Positions 59,184 to 64,000 of a DNA stretch of 64,000 nt are shown one piece after another (positions within the stretch are counted from its first letter, which is position 1; the number at the start of each line of letters is the position of its first letter). Under the pieces are notes generated by a model. It had not been told where the DNA came from. It made no database searches and saw only the letters and a list, made by a program, of their open reading frames with translations. A program made the position numbers and the translations under genes. The DNA comes from Granulicella sp. (lineage in GTDB: Bacteria > Acidobacteriota > Terriglobia > Terriglobales > Acidobacteriaceae), in NCBI GenBank assembly GCA_036398595.1, contig DASWOV010000039.1:3166-67165 (forward strand), read 5' to 3'.

Positions 59184-59352
59184 ATAGGTCAAGAGAAAAA
59201 CACGCGACCTTCGCCGAACGATTCGACCTGCGCCGCGCTGACCACTCCGCTGCGACTATTTTCGATACATTCACACCGAAATTTGCATCCCTGGCCGTCC
59301 TGAGGCAATCTCTTCCCTAGGGACTCCACCCACCTGAGGAGCAGCAGCCCGC

Positions 59353-60954
59353 ATGGCGGACGGAACCGCGCACCCTGAGCACTGGAAGCCGAAGTCCAAC
59401 CCGTGGCTGATCGCCGCCACCGTCGCGCTCGCAGCCTTCATGGAGGTGCTCGACACCTCCATCGCCAACGTCGCCCTGCCGCACATCGCGGGCAACCTCG
59501 GAGCCAGCACCGACCAGGGAACATGGGTGCTCACCAGCTACCTCGTCGCCAACGCCATCGTGCTACCCGCGGGCGCCTGGGCCTCGAGCGTCATCGGACG
59601 CCGCAACTTCTTCCTCACCTGCATCACCCTCTTCACCATCGCCAGCTTCCTCTGCGGCATCGCGCCGTCGCTGCCCATCCTGTTGCTGGCCCGCGTTATT
59701 CAGGGAGCGGGCGGCGGCGGTCTGCAACCCATGGCACAGGCCATCATGGCCGACAGCTTCGACGAGAAGCATCGCGGGCAGGCCTTCGCGCTCTACGGAC
59801 TCGTCGCCGTGCTCGCGCCGTCTATCGGCCCCACGCTCGGCGGCTGGATCACCGATAACTACTCCTGGCGCTGGATCTTCTACATCAACATCCCCGTCGG
59901 CATCCTTGCCTACATCCTCGTCACGCGGCTGGTGCAGGACCCGCCGTGGATCAAGGCCGACCGCAAGAACCTCCTCAAGCTCGACTACGTCGGCCTCGGC
60001 TTCCTCAGCCTCGCCATGGCGGGCATGCAGATCTTCCTCGACAAGGGGCAGGAGAAGGACTGGTTCAGCTCCGACTTCATTCGCGTCTTCGCCGCGCTCT
60101 TCGCCATCGGCATGGTCGGCCTCATCTGGTGGGAGACTCGCGCCAAGAACCAGAACCCCATCATGAACCTGCGGCTCTTCCGCTTCCGCAACTTCGCCAT
60201 CTGCGCGTTCCTGATGCTGCTGGTCGGCGGCGTGCTCAACGCGGCCACCGTCCTGCAGCCGCAGTTCATGCAGTCGCTGCTGGGCTACACCGCCACCAAG
60301 GCGGGCGAGGCGCTCACCGGCGGAGGCATCGCCCTCATCGTCGTGATGCCTCTGGCTGGAATCGCCGTGGGCAAATTCGCCGCGCGCAACCTTGTCATCC
60401 TCGGCTTCAGCTTCTTCGCGTTCAGCTTCTTCTTTTCGTCCACGCACATCTCGCTGGGCATGAGCTTCAACGACAATGCGTTCCTGCGCATCATCCAGAT
60501 GATTCCCATCCCGTTCGCCTTCATCTCCATCACGAACGCGGCCTACGTGGGCCTGCCGCGCGAGGCGTCGAACCAGGTCTCGGGCATCATCAACTTCATG
60601 CGCAACGTCGGCGGCAGCATTCTGATCGCGCTCACCGGCGCGGGCGTAGTGCAGCGCAGCACGTACCATCAGGCTCGCCTGCAGAACTACATGACCCCGG
60701 GCTACACGCCCTACGCCGACCAGCTCAGCGGCCTCACCGGCTTCTTCAAGGGCATGACCGGAAACACCCCCGACGGCCACGCGCTGGCGCAGGCCACCAT
60801 CTACAACCAGCTCAACCAGCAGGCCGCGGTGCTCGGCTACATGGACATCTACCGCGTCCTCTGCTGGACCTCCATCGTGCTCGTCGCTACAGGCTTCCTG
60901 CTCAGCAAGAACCGCCCCGGCGAAGGCGCACCCGCGGGCGAGGCCGTTCACTAA
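59353..60954 (+). CDS. DHA2-family (EmrB/QacA) MFS efflux permease
   Basis: FMEVLDTSIANVALP, GPTLGGWITDNYSWRWIFYINIP and RNVGGS motifs. Confidence 0.95.
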   Translation: MADGTAHPEHWKPKSNPWLIAATVALAAFMEVLDTSIANVALPHIAGNLGASTDQGTWVLTSYLVANAIVLPAGAWASSVIGRRNFFLTCITLFTIASFLCGIAPSLPILLLARVIQGAGGGGLQPMAQAIMADSFDEKHRGQAFALYGLVAVLAPSIGPTLGGWITDNYSWRWIFYINIPVGILAYILVTRLVQDPPWIKADRKNLLKLDYVGLGFLSLAMAGMQIFLDKGQEKDWFSSDFIRVFAALFAIGMVGLIWWETRAKNQNPIMNLRLFRFRNFAICAFLMLLVGGVLNAATVLQPQFMQSLLGYTATKAGEALTGGGIALIVVMPLAGIAVGKFAARNLVILGFSFFAFSFFFSSTHISLGMSFNDNAFLRIIQMIPIPFAFISITNAAYVGLPREASNQVSGIINFMRNVGGSILIALTGAGVVQRSTYHQARLQNYMTPGYTPYADQLSGLTGFFKGMTGNTPDGHALAQATIYNQLNQQAAVLGYMDIYRVLCWTSIVLVATGFLLSKNRPGEGAPAGEAVH

Positions 60955-61074
60955 TTCCCCTGCAACCACGCCTTTCGGATAACCATTGCGTTAGTCACCA
61001 CAACAGCGTTTCACAGGACGAACGCACAACGTAGTCACCCGTTGTCACCGTTGCCTTTCCTTTTTGTTGTCATT

Positions 61075-61106
61075 TTTGTTGTCATTCCCGAAGGGAATCT
61101 GCGTTT
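61075..61106. repeat. REP-like element, second copy
   Basis: TTTGTTGTCATTCCCGAAGGGAATCTG is identical over 27 bp to 3128-3154 and is preceded by degenerate GTCA repeats. Confidence 0.75.
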
Positions 61107-61182
61107 CTTCGCAGGATGCCTGTTGTGAACCTGGGATCATCACTTCCGCCATCGGCGTTTTTCGGTAGTAATTCGACTCTGG

Positions 61183-62718
61183 TCAAGGCCTGGGTGCGAG
61201 CAGGCCGCCCTCGTTTTTGATTTTCAGGGTATATTCGGTCCACACTGAAGTCTCTCCGGCAAGCTCCGCCGCCCTGCTTGCGCCGGCCAGAGAGTCAAGA
61301 CGGTTCGGAGCAAGCTCTAATGAGGCTTTGTAAGCAAGCAAGGCGTCTGTTGGCTTGTGCATCTGCAAGAGCATATCGCCCAACATCTCTCCTATTGGCC
61401 GAGGCAGGACGTCCGCATAGTACATAGGATGATCTCGCTCGAACTGGGCCATACTTCGCAACCTCGCAATGGCCTCCTCCTGCTTTCCTTCCGAGAAGAG
61501 AGTCCACGCCTCTGCTTCAGCGAAGCCAACACCCAAAATGTCACCCCAGCCGTGGTTCTTAGTCCACGCCGTTTCCGAATCGTGATACTTAGCCAAGGTG
61601 GCTCTGGCACTCTTTGGATCGCCGGAACGGGCCGCGCCTATCGTCTCGATCCAGTACGCATCGAAGTTCTCTTCGAAGGCGGATGTTGGAGGTGGTTCAA
61701 TCCGCATGGCATCCTGCCAGTTGTGTGTCTCAAGGTCGTAATAGATTCTGGCGTCTATCGGAAGCCAAGGATCTGTTTCGTTTTGAGCCAACGCGGTGAT
61801 TTGATCGACTACTGCTTTGGCTTTTTGATCCTCCCCGAGCTGAAGCGAGGCATATTCGACGTTGTTGAGAGCGTGGAACTCGTCAAAGCTTCCCGCGCGA
61901 CCTGCTTTCATCCACTCTGCTGCGACCCGAGCTGAAGTCTCATTCGTCTGAATAGAATCCTGCCACAAGCCGAGCCTATTGAAGATGTGCGAAGGCATAT
62001 GAAGCGCGTGGGGAGAATCGGGAGCGATCGCTGCATACTTTCGTGCTGCCGGAAGAGCCTCTGCTGCAAGCTCTGCGGTATCAGCGGCATGGATGATGTA
62101 ATGGGCGGCCCCTGGATTGTCTGGATATTTTTCAAAGATCGGCAGAAAGATCGCTATAGCCTGCCTTCGTTGTTGTATCCCCTTCTGTCCTGATCCGGCC
62201 GTCCAGATCAGCCCCAATCCGTAAAAGAGGCTTGCATTGATGTCGTCGGGGTATTTGTTGCGAAGCTGGTCCATGCGCGTGAGGTAATCCTGCCAACGCT
62301 TGGAACCCGGCACGTCGGCGTACCCCTCATACATTGCTCGAACAGCGTCAACATACATCTGTTCTCGTTCTGTGCCCGCCCTCACTGCGAGCCAGGGTTG
62401 AAGCTCTCCCCATCCTTTCGCCAGATCCTTTGGCTGCGCATTTGAGCCGGACCTTTCGGTCGTCGAGAGAGCCACGCCCCACGCGGCTATGACGCACTTC
62501 GGGTCATCTTTCTCAACATTGTGGAACGCGACTTCAGCCTCCCTAAACTCAAAGGAATGCAGCAACGCTACGCCTGAATCGAATGTCTTCTGAGAACTCG
62601 CCTTGCACGACGTAGGAAAGTGAACGTCACCGAGTGAGCCAAGAGCTCTTAACGGATGAGCCGCAATGAGAACTGCACAAAGCCCCAAAAGGGATGGGGT
62701 GAACAGACGCGAGAACAT
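61183..62718 (-). CDS. Secreted TPR-like helical-repeat protein
   Basis: Signal peptide; LGDVHFPTSC, GAAHYIIH and PHALHMPSHIF motifs; lower GC. Confidence 0.75.
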   Translation of the reverse strand: MFSRLFTPSLLGLCAVLIAAHPLRALGSLGDVHFPTSCKASSQKTFDSGVALLHSFEFREAEVAFHNVEKDDPKCVIAAWGVALSTTERSGSNAQPKDLAKGWGELQPWLAVRAGTEREQMYVDAVRAMYEGYADVPGSKRWQDYLTRMDQLRNKYPDDINASLFYGLGLIWTAGSGQKGIQQRRQAIAIFLPIFEKYPDNPGAAHYIIHAADTAELAAEALPAARKYAAIAPDSPHALHMPSHIFNRLGLWQDSIQTNETSARVAAEWMKAGRAGSFDEFHALNNVEYASLQLGEDQKAKAVVDQITALAQNETDPWLPIDARIYYDLETHNWQDAMRIEPPPTSAFEENFDAYWIETIGAARSGDPKSARATLAKYHDSETAWTKNHGWGDILGVGFAEAEAWTLFSEGKQEEAIARLRSMAQFERDHPMYYADVLPRPIGEMLGDMLLQMHKPTDALLAYKASLELAPNRLDSLAGASRAAELAGETSVWTEYTLKIKNEGGLLAPRP

Positions 62719-62932
62719 TCAGACTCTCCTAGCTTCAATCTCTTTGTAGTCGATGGAAGCACGGCCAGTCCAGCGCCTGGCTCGCCTTATCACTGCTCAA
62801 GGAATTGAAATCGGATTAGTCTCGACGGGTCGGCATATCGGAAGCAATCTTCATTCAGCTTATGCTCGGTCAGAGCTTCTCCGAACTCCCGTGCCGAACA
62901 GCACCGTTCGCTCCAGAGAAGCCCACCTACCC

Positions 62933-63874
62933 CTACGCCGATCTCCGCCGCCGTCCACTCAGCAGATAGATCGCCGCCCGCAGCTCCAGCAGCGGATCAG
63001 CCGAAGCCTCGATCCCCTCTACACGCGGAATCGGGTCAAAGATGATGTGCTTCTGCTGCGCCGGCGTGTCCTCGACGACATGCGTCAGCTCCACCGTGCC
63101 GAGCTCCACCAGCTCGCGGCTCTCCGGCCAGTGGATCGTCGCGTTATCGACCGTATCCGACGCATCAGCCACCTGCACAAAGATGTGGAAGCGAACCGGC
63201 CCCTTGCCCACGCGCTCGGCCAGCTCATCGAAGTGGTAGTTCGGCGCGATCTGCGCTACCTGCTCGTCGGTCAGAAAGTCCGTGCCCAGCTCCGGTAGGA
63301 TGCGATAGCGCCCATACTTCGTCACGCCCTCGGCATTGGTGAAGGCAAACGCCGTAACGGCAAAAAAGCTCTCCCGCGCAAGGCTCGACGGGAACGGCTT
63401 GGGAGCCTGCACAAAGGCCAGCGCCGCTGGATGCGATCCAAGAAACACCTCCACCGGCTTAGGCGAGGGAACATCCGGCCCACTGGCCGCCGCCGCGCGC
63501 AGGAACTCCAGAAACTCGTACCCATCGCGGGTAGGGAAGCCGTCAGTCGAGTGGCTCACGATGTCCGTGTGCACATGCTCGGCAAGGTCGAAGCGAATGG
63601 CAAAGCCACGCGGGTTCGCATCAGGAACATTATCCGGAAGCTCCGGCAGTCCCGTGGAGTTCGAGAAGCGCACCGTCACCGGCGTCGACTCCCGCACCAC
63701 ATGCGGAGCCTTCGTCAGCGTCTGCGCCTGCGGGGTCGGCGTAAAGACGCCCGTCAGCATCAGCCCCTTCGCATGGGCCGGGCGAAATCCGGGGTGCAGC
63801 CCAAAGATCTGGTCGAACTGCTTCAGCAGGTCATTGGCAAGCGCGACAACACGTTCGTCATTGGGCAATGGCAT
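62933..63874 (-). CDS. Catalase-related peroxidase (SrpA-like small catalase)
   Basis: RPAHAKG, VRFS, RGFAIRF, FDP and DPLLELRAAIY..S motifs. Confidence 0.9.
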   Translation of the reverse strand: MPLPNDERVVALANDLLKQFDQIFGLHPGFRPAHAKGLMLTGVFTPTPQAQTLTKAPHVVRESTPVTVRFSNSTGLPELPDNVPDANPRGFAIRFDLAEHVHTDIVSHSTDGFPTRDGYEFLEFLRAAAASGPDVPSPKPVEVFLGSHPAALAFVQAPKPFPSSLARESFFAVTAFAFTNAEGVTKYGRYRILPELGTDFLTDEQVAQIAPNYHFDELAERVGKGPVRFHIFVQVADASDTVDNATIHWPESRELVELGTVELTHVVEDTPAQQKHIIFDPIPRVEGIEASADPLLELRAAIYLLSGRRRRSA

Positions 63875-64000
63875 CTCTCGAATCCTCCTCTGTGCGGTGA
63901 AGACTACTCTAGCAGAGGAGTTTGTATGCCGCGATAAGGACCGGCTCGCTCAACTTTGGCTGACCACGGTTCGATTCTTCCCGTTGCGCTTGGCGGCATA

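Overview
High-GC bacterial chromosome segment. The gene repertoire (Oar-like TonB receptor, DUF1080, MacB-type permease pairs, Uma2, GTCATTCC/GTCATCCTGAG-type repeats) points to Acidobacteriota (Terriglobia-like); this is an inference. It holds housekeeping genes (rnpB, glyA, purE-purK, sucB-lipB-lpdA, hemB, mutS2), transport and redox genes and a few lower-GC singletons. The main feature is a ~19 kb phage-derived cluster (13345-32426) with host-like composition. It encodes an XRE/S24 repressor lacking the autocleavage residues, a Zn-ribbon plus sigma-region-4 regulator pair, putative prohead protease, capsid, neck and tail-tube genes, a 1537-aa signal-peptide fibre with an SGNH esterase, large terminase, a HipA-like kinase-DUF3037 pair, portal, tail hub and holin-like genes. 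No integrase, replication genes, small terminase or tape-measure gene is visible. A promoter-then-terminator layout and internal terminators suggest antitermination control, and a structured leader carries a Thr/His-rich uORF. The best reading is a domesticated, gene-transfer-agent-like system. Also notable are a low-GC TIR-PCD fusion and a REP-like palindrome inserted in frame in mutS2. All protein calls come from motif recognition by eye, without database searches.
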